From Pseudomonadota bacterium (lineage in GTDB: Bacteria > UBA10199 > 2-02-FULL-44-16 > JAAZCA01): DNA of 27,392 nucleotides. The stretch lies in NCBI GenBank assembly GCA_043798915.1, contig JAZDOG010000023.1, forward strand, positions 1-27,392. Reading direction: 5' to 3'. Each line of letters starts with the position of its first letter. Positions within the stretch are counted from its first letter, which is position 1. The translations under genes were made by a program, and so were the position numbers. Of this stretch, positions 1-7,329 are shown one piece after another. The notes beneath the pieces were generated by a model. The model had not been told where the DNA came from and searched no databases. It worked only from the letters and a program-made list of their open reading frames with translations.

Positions 1-2
1 TG

Positions 3-188
3 AGCGGCAGCGGAAAGGGCTATGACATCCATCAGATCGATCTCGTCCCGATCAGCTCGGACGGGTCGGATTACCTCCTCGATGGCGGCGATGGCACGGA
101 TTTCGTCTTCGCACAGAAGGGATCGAGGGTGAAAAACGATGACGGCCTGGATGATGTGGTCGATGTGAAAGACACGCCGGCGAAATAA
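3..188 (+). CDS. 3' end of a gene entering from the left edge; Gly/Asp-rich, possible RTX-type calcium-binding protein (partial)
   Basis: Open frame from nt 3: SGSGKGYDIHQIDLVPISSDGSDYLLDGGDGTDFVFAQKGSRVKNDDGLDDVVDVKDTPAK*, TAA at 186-188 abutting the truA stop. LDGGDGTDFV matches the GGxGxDxLx RTX nonamer. Confidence 0.55.
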   Translation, partial: SGSGKGYDIHQIDLVPISSDGSDYLLDGGDGTDFVFAQKGSRVKNDDGLDDVVDVKDTPAK

Positions 189-1022
189 TCAGTACAGCAC
201 CTCCATAAGATACAATCCGCAGGCCGGGGCACAGCGCCCGGCCTGTTCTCTTCTGCGCGCCTCCAGGATGCCCTTGATCGCATCCAGCTCGATCTTCCCA
301 AGGCCAATATCCACGAGCGTACCGACGATGTTGCGCACCATGTGGCGGACAAAGCCGTTGCCCTCGATTGTGATATCAATGATCTCGTCGCAGTTCTCCC
401 TCCCTTGATGGGAGGGAGTCGGAGGGAGGGTGACCCGGTTGCAATTGCCACCCTCACCCTGACCCTCTCCCCTCAAGGGAGAGGGAAATGAGTGTGTAAT
501 CTCGATGTTTTTGATCTCCCGCACGGCGTTCCTGCTCGAACACCCGGCCGCCTTGAAGCTCGCGAAGTCGTGCTTCCCGACCAGAACCGATGCCGCCTCG
601 CGCAGCCGGTCGAGGCCCGGCCGCACGCCCATCTGCCAGAAGCGATTCATGATGAGGGGGCGGCGCTCGCCGGAGATGAGAAGGCGGTAGAGATAGCGCT
701 TACCTTTGGCATCGCGTCGTGAATTGAAGCCCTCGGCGGCCTCCTCCGCGCCCACGACAGCGATGTCCTCCGGCAGCAGCGAATTGAGCCCCATTTTGAA
801 TCCGTCGCATAGGACGTCCATGGAGGTTCGAAAATGCGCGACCTGCCCCAGCGCATGCACGCCAGCGTCGGTCCGCGATGCGCCGATGACAGGCGTCTCC
901 TTGCCCGTCATCCTGCAGACCGCCTTCTGGAGAAGCGCCTGTATCGACACGCCGTTTGGCTGCGCCTGCCAGCCGACGTAGCGCGTGCCATCGTACATCA
1001 ATGTGAGTTTTATCGTGCGCAT
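189..1022 (-). CDS. truA: tRNA pseudouridine(38-40) synthase TruA, with an in-frame palindromic-repeat insertion
   Basis: Motifs YDGTRYVGWQAQ, GASRTDAGVHA (catalytic Asp), GKHDFASF, GNGFVRHMVRNIVG, APACGLYL. Start placed at ATG 1022 (MRTIKL), 4 nt after the upstream stop. Confidence 0.96.
   Translation of the reverse strand: MRTIKLTLMYDGTRYVGWQAQPNGVSIQALLQKAVCRMTGKETPVIGASRTDAGVHALGQVAHFRTSMDVLCDGFKMGLNSLLPEDIAVVGAEEAAEGFNSRRDAKGKRYLYRLLISGERRPLIMNRFWQMGVRPGLDRLREAASVLVGKHDFASFKAAGCSSRNAVREIKNIEITHSFPSPLRGEGQGEGGNCNRVTLPPTPSHQGRENCDEIIDITIEGNGFVRHMVRNIVGTLVDIGLGKIELDAIKGILEARRREQAGRCAPACGLYLMEVLY
394..488. repeat. Palindromic double-hairpin element inside the truA coding sequence
   Basis: Hairpins CTCCCTCCC-TTGAT-GGGAGGGAG (396-418) and CCCTCTCCC-CTCAA-GGGAGAGGG (463-485), with inner IR GAGGGTG...CACCCTC. 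Same architecture as the intergenic copies at 6759, 16440, 25654 and 26230. Confidence 0.85.
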
Positions 1023-1026
1023 GGGA

Positions 1027-1719
1027 TTAAAATTCAAACAGCAACCCAGCCGAATAGACCCCGCCGGAGAGACTGAGGCCGCGGCTGCCGAAGTTGTTGA
1101 TCCACTGGTAGCGGCCTTCGAGCGTCAGGAACATGCCCTTGATGCTGTAGTCTGTGCCGAGCGTGTGCCCGGCATCGCCGATCCAGCCCAGGTCGACGCC
1201 CACGCCCCCGCCCCCGTGGAGTCCCCATTTCAGCCCTTGTATGGTCTTCCCCTTGTCGCCCTCACGGAAATACACATAGTCGACGCCGGCCCTCACATAG
1301 GGCACGATATAGCGCCATGTGAAATAATCGGCGCGCCATACGAAGTTCGTCTCCATCGGGATCATGAGAAAGCTGAAGCTGTCCTGCGACTGCCGGCCGC
1401 TTACCAGCCCCATCGCATCCGCGCTCTTGAAGAAGATACCGACCCCCTCCTCGATGCCGTACCTTCCATGGATGAGGGCGCCACCCTCGATCCGCGTTAT
1501 TATGTTGCAGCAGTTGTTGAAAAATCGCTTCATGACGGCGTTGCTCGGGAGCCAGAATCCGCTCTTGACCTCGACCGACCACATCGCCGGCCGGCTGTTC
1601 GTGCCGTCTCCCGTCGCGGCCACCGGGCGCTCCTCTATCGCCCCGGCCTCCTCCGCGCAGAGGGGCGCCGCTGCTAAAAGAAGAAAGGCGAGAATGATAA
1701 ACAGGATGGGCTTTTTCAT
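1027..1719 (-). CDS. Outer-membrane beta-barrel protein, about 8 strands; resembles the myxobacterial MXAN_2562 family
   Basis: Signal peptide MKKPILFIILAFLLLAAAPLCA, alternating amphipathic strands (VPYVRAGVDYVYF, WGLHGGGGVGVDL, MFLTLEGRYQW) and C-terminal Phe beta-signal (AGLLFEF). Family resemblance is from memory. Confidence 0.8.
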   Translation of the reverse strand: MKKPILFIILAFLLLAAAPLCAEEAGAIEERPVAATGDGTNSRPAMWSVEVKSGFWLPSNAVMKRFFNNCCNIITRIEGGALIHGRYGIEEGVGIFFKSADAMGLVSGRQSQDSFSFLMIPMETNFVWRADYFTWRYIVPYVRAGVDYVYFREGDKGKTIQGLKWGLHGGGGVGVDLGWIGDAGHTLGTDYSIKGMFLTLEGRYQWINNFGSRGLSLSGGVYSAGLLFEF

Positions 1720-1724
1720 TAGTG

Positions 1725-1844
1725 TATTCAGCCAGGGAGCTGTCTGTTGCTGGACAGAACTTCGGAGGGGGAAACCCCCTCCCCACGCCTGTCGGCGCGG
1801 TTCCCCTCCCCATGTCCTGCAACAGACAGCTCCCCGGCTGAATA
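1725..1844. mobile_element. MITE-like element, 120 bp, with 32-bp terminal inverted repeats
   Basis: 1725-1756 TATTCAGCCAGGGAGCTGTCTGTTGCTGGACA matches the reverse complement of 1813-1844 at 30/32. TA at both outer ends. Internal hairpin GGAGGGGG-AAA-CCCCCTCC (1764-1782). Confidence 0.7.
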
Positions 1845-1848
1845 GGAA

Positions 1849-3762
1849 TTAATTTGTCAACGCGCTAGCTTTCCATTTCCTTGCGATCATGAGAATCAGG
1901 ACTGCATTAAAAATGGCAGTGATCGACATCCAATCGAAGGCAAAATCGCCTCTCACTACGGAGCACCCTTTCTCCCCCATCATAGCTGCAGGGCCAACGG
2001 TCATCTCGGGGAGACCAGTCGCAACGGTTCCGTCCTTGAATGTGTTGGTGCGGGAGCGGCTCACGAGCCCGCCGGTGTCGATCGCATCCATGGCGACGTA
2101 ATAGGTCGTGCCGTCGGTCAGGCCATCGACCTCAGCGCTCTGCGTCGACCCCGACGAGGCCTGCGCCACAGTCGCAGCCGCATCCGTCTTTGTGAGGACC
2201 GCATTGGGATCGGTGTCCACGTACACCCTGTAGCTCGCCATATCCGAAACAGTCAGCCGCTCGAAGTTCACGTATATGCGCCCCTCGCCGAAACCGGTGG
2301 AATCCATCACGACGTCTGGCGGGGGCAGATTCAGAGTGACAGTCGTCGACCTCCTCCCGATGTTCGATCCAGCAGTCACGAAGACCCAGACGTCATTATC
2401 GCCCTCCTGAAACGCCGACACGTTGTCAGCCTGGTTTATCGTCACGGAGGTATCGGTGTTGAGTGTCACGGAGCCCGACGTGTTGCCGGCACTGTCCTTC
2501 AAGACAGTGCCGTTGCCGCTCACGGAGCCGCCCGCCTTGATCGTGTAAGTGCCAGTCTGGTTTGAGTTGAACGTCATCGTGAAGCTTCCGCCCTCTATGA
2601 GCGCGCTGCCGCCCCCGGAGTAGGTGACGCTCCTGATCGTCGTGAAGGGATTCTCTGAAAGCAGCCCCATCTTGCCAGTCGAAAAACCCATGTAGATGTT
2701 GCCGTCAGATACGCTCGAAGCAGCAAGCCAGGCGGGCGTGGCCGAAATCGGGAGCGGCGCGCCGACTGAATCGGGATCACTGCCAAGGTTGAAGACGGTG
2801 TCGGTCGCCGTATCAACGACGGATACCCCTCCGCCCGGCGAAGCGGCGCCGGAGACGAAGGCGTAGTTCGCGCCGGGATTGCTGACGGCCGTGATGACTA
2901 TGTCGCCAGGGCTGGGATTCAGGGATATATCTATGTTGCTCGTGACCACGCTGTGGGTCGAAGTGCTTATCTTGATCAGGGACGGCGTGGTCGCATCGAC
3001 GACATAGAGGTAGTCGCCTCCTGGAAAGGTCGCGAGGGCCGCCAGGTTCTTTTTGCCTGTGGCATCCACAACTATTGCCGTCGCTGTCGTTCCGCCGGAG
3101 GCTATGTAAAAAACGATCCCGGCGCTAGTGCTGAAGTAGGATTCTTTTGTGTAGGAGTTGTAGGCAGCGTCGGTGACCATGAATGAGGTCGTCATCAGCG
3201 TCGGCAATGCGATCGAACCGGAGAGCGTGCCCGACGAGAGGCTTACGACCTGCAGCGCAAGCGCAGTGTTGTCGGAAACATAGGCCACATCGGCGTTCGT
3301 ATCCATCGCTATGGGACCAAGCGTATCGCCGTCAACGAGCTTCACATCCGACGGATCCGCCGAGACATTGTTGAGGTCGTAGTTGAACAGGTGTCCGCTC
3401 TGCATCGACGCCAGGACGTTATTTCTGCCGCTGTCATAGGCGATCGCCGTTATGTTGCCCGCCGATACGCTTGATGTGGTGCCGTCGGAATTCGTGACGG
3501 TAATCGAGGGGGGCAGCGGCGGCTGGACCGGCTCGAGAGCGTATGAACCCACATCCACGAGGGCAAGCGACTGGCCGTAGCTCATGAGAAGGAGCTGGTC
3601 GGAGGCGAGAAGAAAACCGCTGAGATTCGAAGTTACGCCGAAATCGAACGGCGGGTCCACGCCGCCGATTCCAATCACCTCTGGGCTGGGGTACGCAAAG
3701 AGGCAGAGGGGCCACATCGATATGGCTGCAATTACGACTAAGAGGGCTGCTGATCGCCTCAT
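1849..3762 (-). CDS. Secreted surface protein (637 aa): beta-propeller-like region, Ig/fibronectin type III-like domains, MYXO-CTERM-like tail
   Basis: Signal peptide from ATG 3762 (MRRSAALLVVIAAISMWPLCLFA). Propeller-type strands (YLYVVD, VSVVDTATDTV). FN3 signature (SYRVYV...VDGLTDGTTYYVAMDAID). Tail GCSVV-linker-hydrophobic helix-RKWK. The ORF-track start at 4005 lies inside asd and is rejected. Confidence 0.8.
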   Translation of the reverse strand: MRRSAALLVVIAAISMWPLCLFAYPSPEVIGIGGVDPPFDFGVTSNLSGFLLASDQLLLMSYGQSLALVDVGSYALEPVQPPLPPSITVTNSDGTTSSVSAGNITAIAYDSGRNNVLASMQSGHLFNYDLNNVSADPSDVKLVDGDTLGPIAMDTNADVAYVSDNTALALQVVSLSSGTLSGSIALPTLMTTSFMVTDAAYNSYTKESYFSTSAGIVFYIASGGTTATAIVVDATGKKNLAALATFPGGDYLYVVDATTPSLIKISTSTHSVVTSNIDISLNPSPGDIVITAVSNPGANYAFVSGAASPGGGVSVVDTATDTVFNLGSDPDSVGAPLPISATPAWLAASSVSDGNIYMGFSTGKMGLLSENPFTTIRSVTYSGGGSALIEGGSFTMTFNSNQTGTYTIKAGGSVSGNGTVLKDSAGNTSGSVTLNTDTSVTINQADNVSAFQEGDNDVWVFVTAGSNIGRRSTTVTLNLPPPDVVMDSTGFGEGRIYVNFERLTVSDMASYRVYVDTDPNAVLTKTDAAATVAQASSGSTQSAEVDGLTDGTTYYVAMDAIDTGGLVSRSRTNTFKDGTVATGLPEMTVGPAAMMGEKGCSVVRGDFAFDWMSITAIFNAVLILMIARKWKASALTN

Positions 3763-3814
3763 CGGGATCCAAGATTGCAATAGCGGGCCGGCCAAATCAA
3801 GGGAATTGCCACAA

Positions 3815-3895
3815 GATGTCATTGCGAGGAGCCGGAGGCGACGAAGCAATCCCTTTGAGTCATAGAGATTGCTTCGCTTCGCTCGCAATGACATC
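3815..3895. repeat. TGTC/CGTC-tagged REP-like palindromic doublet
   Basis: Perfect 14-bp terminal IR GATGTCATTGCGAG...CTCGCAATGACATC and inner IR CGAAGCAATC...GATTGCTTCG. Lies 3 nt from the asd stop. Confidence 0.85.
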
Positions 3896-3898
3896 ACA

Positions 3899-4924
3899 TT
3901 ATTTAAGGTGGTCCCGCGCGAGGATCTCGGCGATCTGGACGGCGTTGAGGGCCGCCCCTTTCCGGAGGTTGTCCGCGACGATCCAGAGGGCAAGGCCGTT
4001 TTCAACCGATGGATCGCGCCTTATGCGGCCCACGAAGACGGCGTCCTTTCCGGCGGCATCGGTAGCCAGGGGATAGCGGCAGAGATTGGGGTTATCTATC
4101 ACAGAGACGCCTGGCGCTTCCGAAAGGGCCTCGCGCGCCTCGTCAATATCTATGGGATCGTCGAACTCGATGTTGACCGCCTCGGAGTGTCCGCAGAAGA
4201 CCGGGACGCGCACGGCGGTCGCCGCCACGCGTATGGAGGCATCGCCCATGATCTTTTGCGTCTCCTCCACCATCTTCGTCTCCTCCTTCGTGGACCCGTC
4301 CTCGAGAAAGCGGTCGATGTGCGGGATGCAGTTGAAAGCTATCCTGTGGGGGAAGACGTTCACACGGGGCTCCCTCTGTGAAAAGAGGGCCACCGACTGC
4401 TGCGAAAGCTCCTCCACCGCCTCGATGCCAGCCCCCGAGACCGCCTGGTAGGTCGCCACGACCACCCTCCTGATGTGCGAGATGCGGTTGAGCGGTGCCA
4501 GGACCACAACCATCTGAATGGTGGAGCAATTGGGGTTCGCTATTATGCGCCGCTTCTTCCATCCGGAAATCGCCTCTGCATTGACCTCGGGGACGACAAG
4601 GGGCACATCGGCCTCCATCCTGAACGCGGAGGTGTTATCCACGGAGACCGCTCCCGATTCTGCGGCGATCGGCACAAATTTGAGGCTCACATCGGAGCCC
4701 GCCGAAAAGAGGGCGATATCGACTCCGAAAAACGAATTCTCGCCCAGGATTTCAACCGGGACCCGATCTCCCCGAAACGCGCATTCCTTTCCGAGCGACT
4801 TCTCGGACGCGAGCGGAATGAGCCTCTCCACCGGAAAATCCCGCTCCTCAAGGACCTTTATCATCTCCCCGCCGACCGCCCCTGTGGCGCCGACGACTGC
4901 TACGTTGTATGATTTCTTCGTCAT
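3899..4924 (-). CDS. asd: Aspartate-semialdehyde dehydrogenase
   Basis: VAVVGATGAVG Rossmann motif, IIANPNCSTIQM (catalytic Cys), YQAVSGAG, RVPVFCGHS, DNLRKGAALNAVQIAE. Confidence 0.97.
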   Translation of the reverse strand: MTKKSYNVAVVGATGAVGGEMIKVLEERDFPVERLIPLASEKSLGKECAFRGDRVPVEILGENSFFGVDIALFSAGSDVSLKFVPIAAESGAVSVDNTSAFRMEADVPLVVPEVNAEAISGWKKRRIIANPNCSTIQMVVVLAPLNRISHIRRVVVATYQAVSGAGIEAVEELSQQSVALFSQREPRVNVFPHRIAFNCIPHIDRFLEDGSTKEETKMVEETQKIMGDASIRVAATAVRVPVFCGHSEAVNIEFDDPIDIDEAREALSEAPGVSVIDNPNLCRYPLATDAAGKDAVFVGRIRRDPSVENGLALWIVADNLRKGAALNAVQIAEILARDHLK

Positions 4925-5214
4925 TTTTTAAACAGCTCCTCCAGTTTATTCTTAGAGTCCATGGCCTTCTTCTTTTCCGAAACTGCATCGCGCCCGAATT
5001 CGAAGAACTCGCAGAAGTTTGACTGCTCCCTGTCAGATATATAGCCGGCCTGGGATTCGCGGCACTGGTTGTGATAGCTGCGGTCGCAAAAGCGGCACTG
5101 GAGGCAACAGTGGATATCTCTCCTGCAGGATGGGCATTCCGCGCTGCGGCCGGCGCGCCCCTCAAGCTCGACAGGCGCCCCGCAGAAGGCGCATGGAAAG
5201 ATGACCTTCGTCAT
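4921..5214 (-). CDS. Small Cys-rich (zinc-ribbon or Fe-S-like) hypothetical protein
   Basis: Ten Cys: CAFC, CPSC, HCCLQCRFC, C...NFC. Overlaps the pssA stop (TGATG) and the asd start (ATGA), consistent with translational coupling. Confidence 0.8.
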   Translation of the reverse strand: MTKVIFPCAFCGAPVELEGRAGRSAECPSCRRDIHCCLQCRFCDRSYHNQCRESQAGYISDREQSNFCEFFEFGRDAVSEKKKAMDSKNKLEELFKK

Positions 5215-6059
5215 CAGAGGGCTTCCCCGGAGCTTTGATTCTCGGAGGGATATTCGGTCCCGCCGACCACCTCTAGCTTTCTCTGGCGGCGCATCACCCT
5301 CGCCTCGCGCATCTTGCCGAGTATCTGCCTGCTCTGGTGAAGCGTGACGATCTCCTCGATGAGCCCGGAGGACACATATCCCAGGGTCAGCACGAACATG
5401 GTGACCTCGGGTTTTATCGCGACAACGAAGATGCCGAAGACGACGAGCACCAGCGCAAAAAACGAATTGCGGTTCTTGAAATCGAACACCTTCATGCTGC
5501 GGTAGCGGATAGTGGAGACCATGAGCAACGCCAGCATCATCGTCATTCCGGCGACCAGATAGCTGGCCTCAGGCGGAAAGGCAAAGAGGTGGTGATGGAA
5601 GATCACGTACGTGGCGATCACGTAGGCGGCGATCGGTATGGGCAGGCCCTGAAAGTATTCCTGCTCGATGTCGTCATGCTGCACGTTGTAGCGCGCGAGC
5701 CTTAAGGCGCCGCAGGCGAAGTAAAGGAATGCCGCGAGCCAGCCCAGCTTCCTCAAGCCGTAGAGTGACCAGGTGTAGATCAATATGCCAGGGGCAAGCC
5801 CGAAGGACGAGAGGTCGACCAGCGAGTCGTACTCTATGCCGAATGCGCTCTCGGCCTTCGTGAGCCTCGCGATCCTTCCGTCCAGGAGATCGAAGACCCC
5901 CGCCAGGAGGATCGCCCATGCTGCGGCGACGAACTCGCCTGAGAGCGACTTGACCACTGAGAAGAAGCCGCAGAAGAGACTCGCCGTCGTGCAGAGGTTG
6001 GGCAGGAGGTACACCCCGCGCTTCATCCCTTCGCGGCGCCTCATTATTTTCTGCCTCAT
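5214..6059 (-). CDS. pssA: CDP-diacylglycerol--serine O-phosphatidyltransferase
   Basis: YLLPNLCT, DLLDGRIAR...FGIEYDSLVDLSSFGLAP (CDP-alcohol phosphotransferase motif), CGALRLARYN, FQGLPIP. Start at ATG 6059 with GGAGG RBS and ATGA overlap with the psd stop. Confidence 0.93.
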   Translation of the reverse strand: MRQKIMRRREGMKRGVYLLPNLCTTASLFCGFFSVVKSLSGEFVAAAWAILLAGVFDLLDGRIARLTKAESAFGIEYDSLVDLSSFGLAPGILIYTWSLYGLRKLGWLAAFLYFACGALRLARYNVQHDDIEQEYFQGLPIPIAAYVIATYVIFHHHLFAFPPEASYLVAGMTMMLALLMVSTIRYRSMKVFDFKNRNSFFALVLVVFGIFVVAIKPEVTMFVLTLGYVSSGLIEEIVTLHQSRQILGKMREARVMRRQRKLEVVGGTEYPSENQSSGEAL

Positions 6060-6727
6060 GCAAACCTCCCTATCACCGACTCCCCCGACTTCACGCGGTC
6101 GCCCGGGCGCACCCCGATTTTGGCGCCCGGCGGCAGATAGATATCCACGCGGGAACCGAAGCGTATGAGGCCAAACCTCTCGCCGCGCGCGCGGAAATCC
6201 CCTTCCCTCACGTAGCATACGATGCGACGGGCGACAAGCCCGGCTATCTGAACCATCACAAGCTCCCTGCCCGACTCGTCCTCAAGGACCAGCGCGTTCC
6301 GCTCGTTGGCCTCCGAGGCCTTGTCGAGACTCGCGACCAGGAACCGGCCGGCCGAATAGGCGACCCTCTTCACCTTCGCCGCTACCGGGAAGCGATTGAT
6401 ATGGACGTTCAGGACCGACATGAATATGCTGACCTTCGTCGACTCGCGGCCAGTGCAGGGCGCCACAACGCCTTCGGTCACCGAAAGGATGCGCCCGTCG
6501 GCAGGCGCGATCACGAGGCCGGCCTCATCCGGCGGAACCCTCTCAGGATTCCGGAAGAAAAACGCCACGAAACCTGCCACGCCAAGCATGAAGATCCACG
6601 CCGCGAAGCAACCGGTCGCGCGCAGCAGAAGTACCGCCGCGATGGCGATCGCGATAAAGGGATAGCCCTCGCGGGCGATATACGACTGCCTGGGGCTTGG
6701 GCGATATGCAGTTATAGTGGAATCCAT
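6056..6727 (-). CDS. psd: Phosphatidylserine decarboxylase proenzyme (short type)
   Basis: FFRNPER, APADG, SIFMSVLNVHINRFP, QIAGLVARRI and the IRFGSRVD self-cleavage site. Adjacent to pssA. Confidence 0.95.
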   Translation of the reverse strand: MDSTITAYRPSPRQSYIAREGYPFIAIAIAAVLLLRATGCFAAWIFMLGVAGFVAFFFRNPERVPPDEAGLVIAPADGRILSVTEGVVAPCTGRESTKVSIFMSVLNVHINRFPVAAKVKRVAYSAGRFLVASLDKASEANERNALVLEDESGRELVMVQIAGLVARRIVCYVREGDFRARGERFGLIRFGSRVDIYLPPGAKIGVRPGDRVKSGESVIGRFA

Positions 6728-6758
6728 AATGAACCTTGCAAAAACACCGGATACAAAT

Positions 6759-6852
6759 TCCCCTCCCCTTTGTAAGGGGAGGGTCAGGGTGGGGTAGACC
6801 TCTGTTTCAATGCTGATCTACCTCCCCCATCCCCTCCTTACAAAGGAGGGGA
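6759..6852. repeat. Double-hairpin palindromic element, copy 1
   Basis: CCCTCCCCTT-TGT-AAGGGGAGGG ... GGGGTAGA-N18-TCTACCTCCCC ... CCCCTCCTT-ACA-AAGGAGGGG. Confidence 0.92.
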
Positions 6853-6853
6853 G

Positions 6854-7090
6854 TCAGGAAAGCGAATCCTGCTTCCTATACAAGCTCAAGATATCCTCGA
6901 TTTTGTCGCGCCCCAGGAGCTTCTTCTTCTGGAGATTCTTGCGCTCCGTCTCCTCCATGGGAGTGAGAAACGGCTTGTTGTTGTATTTCTCCAGCTGCTT
7001 CTCGAAAGTCACATGCTCGTGATAGAGCATCTCCAGCAGCTTGTCATTCGACACATGCCTCTCTATCAACTCCAGATCGCGCTGCTCCAT
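6854..7090 (-). CDS. DUF465 / YdcH-family small coiled-coil protein
   Basis: Pattern LYHEH..FEKQL....KPFLTP.EE.ERK.LQKKKL.GRDKIE.IL. RBS GAGGGAGG upstream. Confidence 0.8.
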   Translation of the reverse strand: MEQRDLELIERHVSNDKLLEMLYHEHVTFEKQLEKYNNKPFLTPMEETERKNLQKKKLLGRDKIEDILSLYRKQDSLS

Positions 7091-7124
7091 GTTTCCCTCC
7101 CTCTTTGACTGCGTTTATTCAATC

Positions 7125-7160
7125 AAAAAGGGCCTCGGACTTGTTCAGGCGCCCGGGCCC
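7125..7160 (-). terminator. Intrinsic terminator upstream of the DUF465 gene
   Basis: Minus strand GGGCC-CGGGC / 10-nt loop / GTCCG-A-GGCCC followed by TTTTT. Confidence 0.65.
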
Positions 7161-7240
7161 TTGGGAATCTCAAGGATTTGATTCCGGGGCAGGCATCCTC
7201 ATACTTCTTTGAGCCCACCCCGGCTCATGTCCCTTCATAT
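7125..7240 (-). ncRNA. Candidate sRNA or attenuator leader (about 115 nt)
   Basis: Bounded by a near-consensus sigma70 promoter and a terminator, with several mutually exclusive stems. No known family recognised. Confidence 0.4.
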
Positions 7241-7244
7241 CTAA

Positions 7245-7274
7245 ATGTTATACAATCGCCCCCCCACCTGTCAA
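7245..7274 (-). promoter_or_regulatory. Sigma70-type promoter
   Basis: TTGACA (7274-7269) then TATAAC (7252-7247, 16-nt spacer) or TAACAT (7250-7245, 18-nt spacer), with AT-rich sequence upstream. Confidence 0.65.
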
Positions 7275-7329
7275 TGAATTAGTTGATTTGGCTGCCGGTC
7301 TGGAAAATATTTGATATTATTTATATGGA

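Noticed and set aside
3763..4005. 81-aa N-terminal extension of the 718-aa ORF
   Set aside because: It overlaps asd and reads through a palindromic repeat. A good signal peptide begins at ATG 3762.
7170..7238. Classical ilv/leu attenuator leader peptide (MKGHEPGWAQRSMRMPAPESNP)
   Set aside because: It has no Leu/Ile/Val codons, no run of any regulatory codon and no RBS. Kept only as part of the leader finding.
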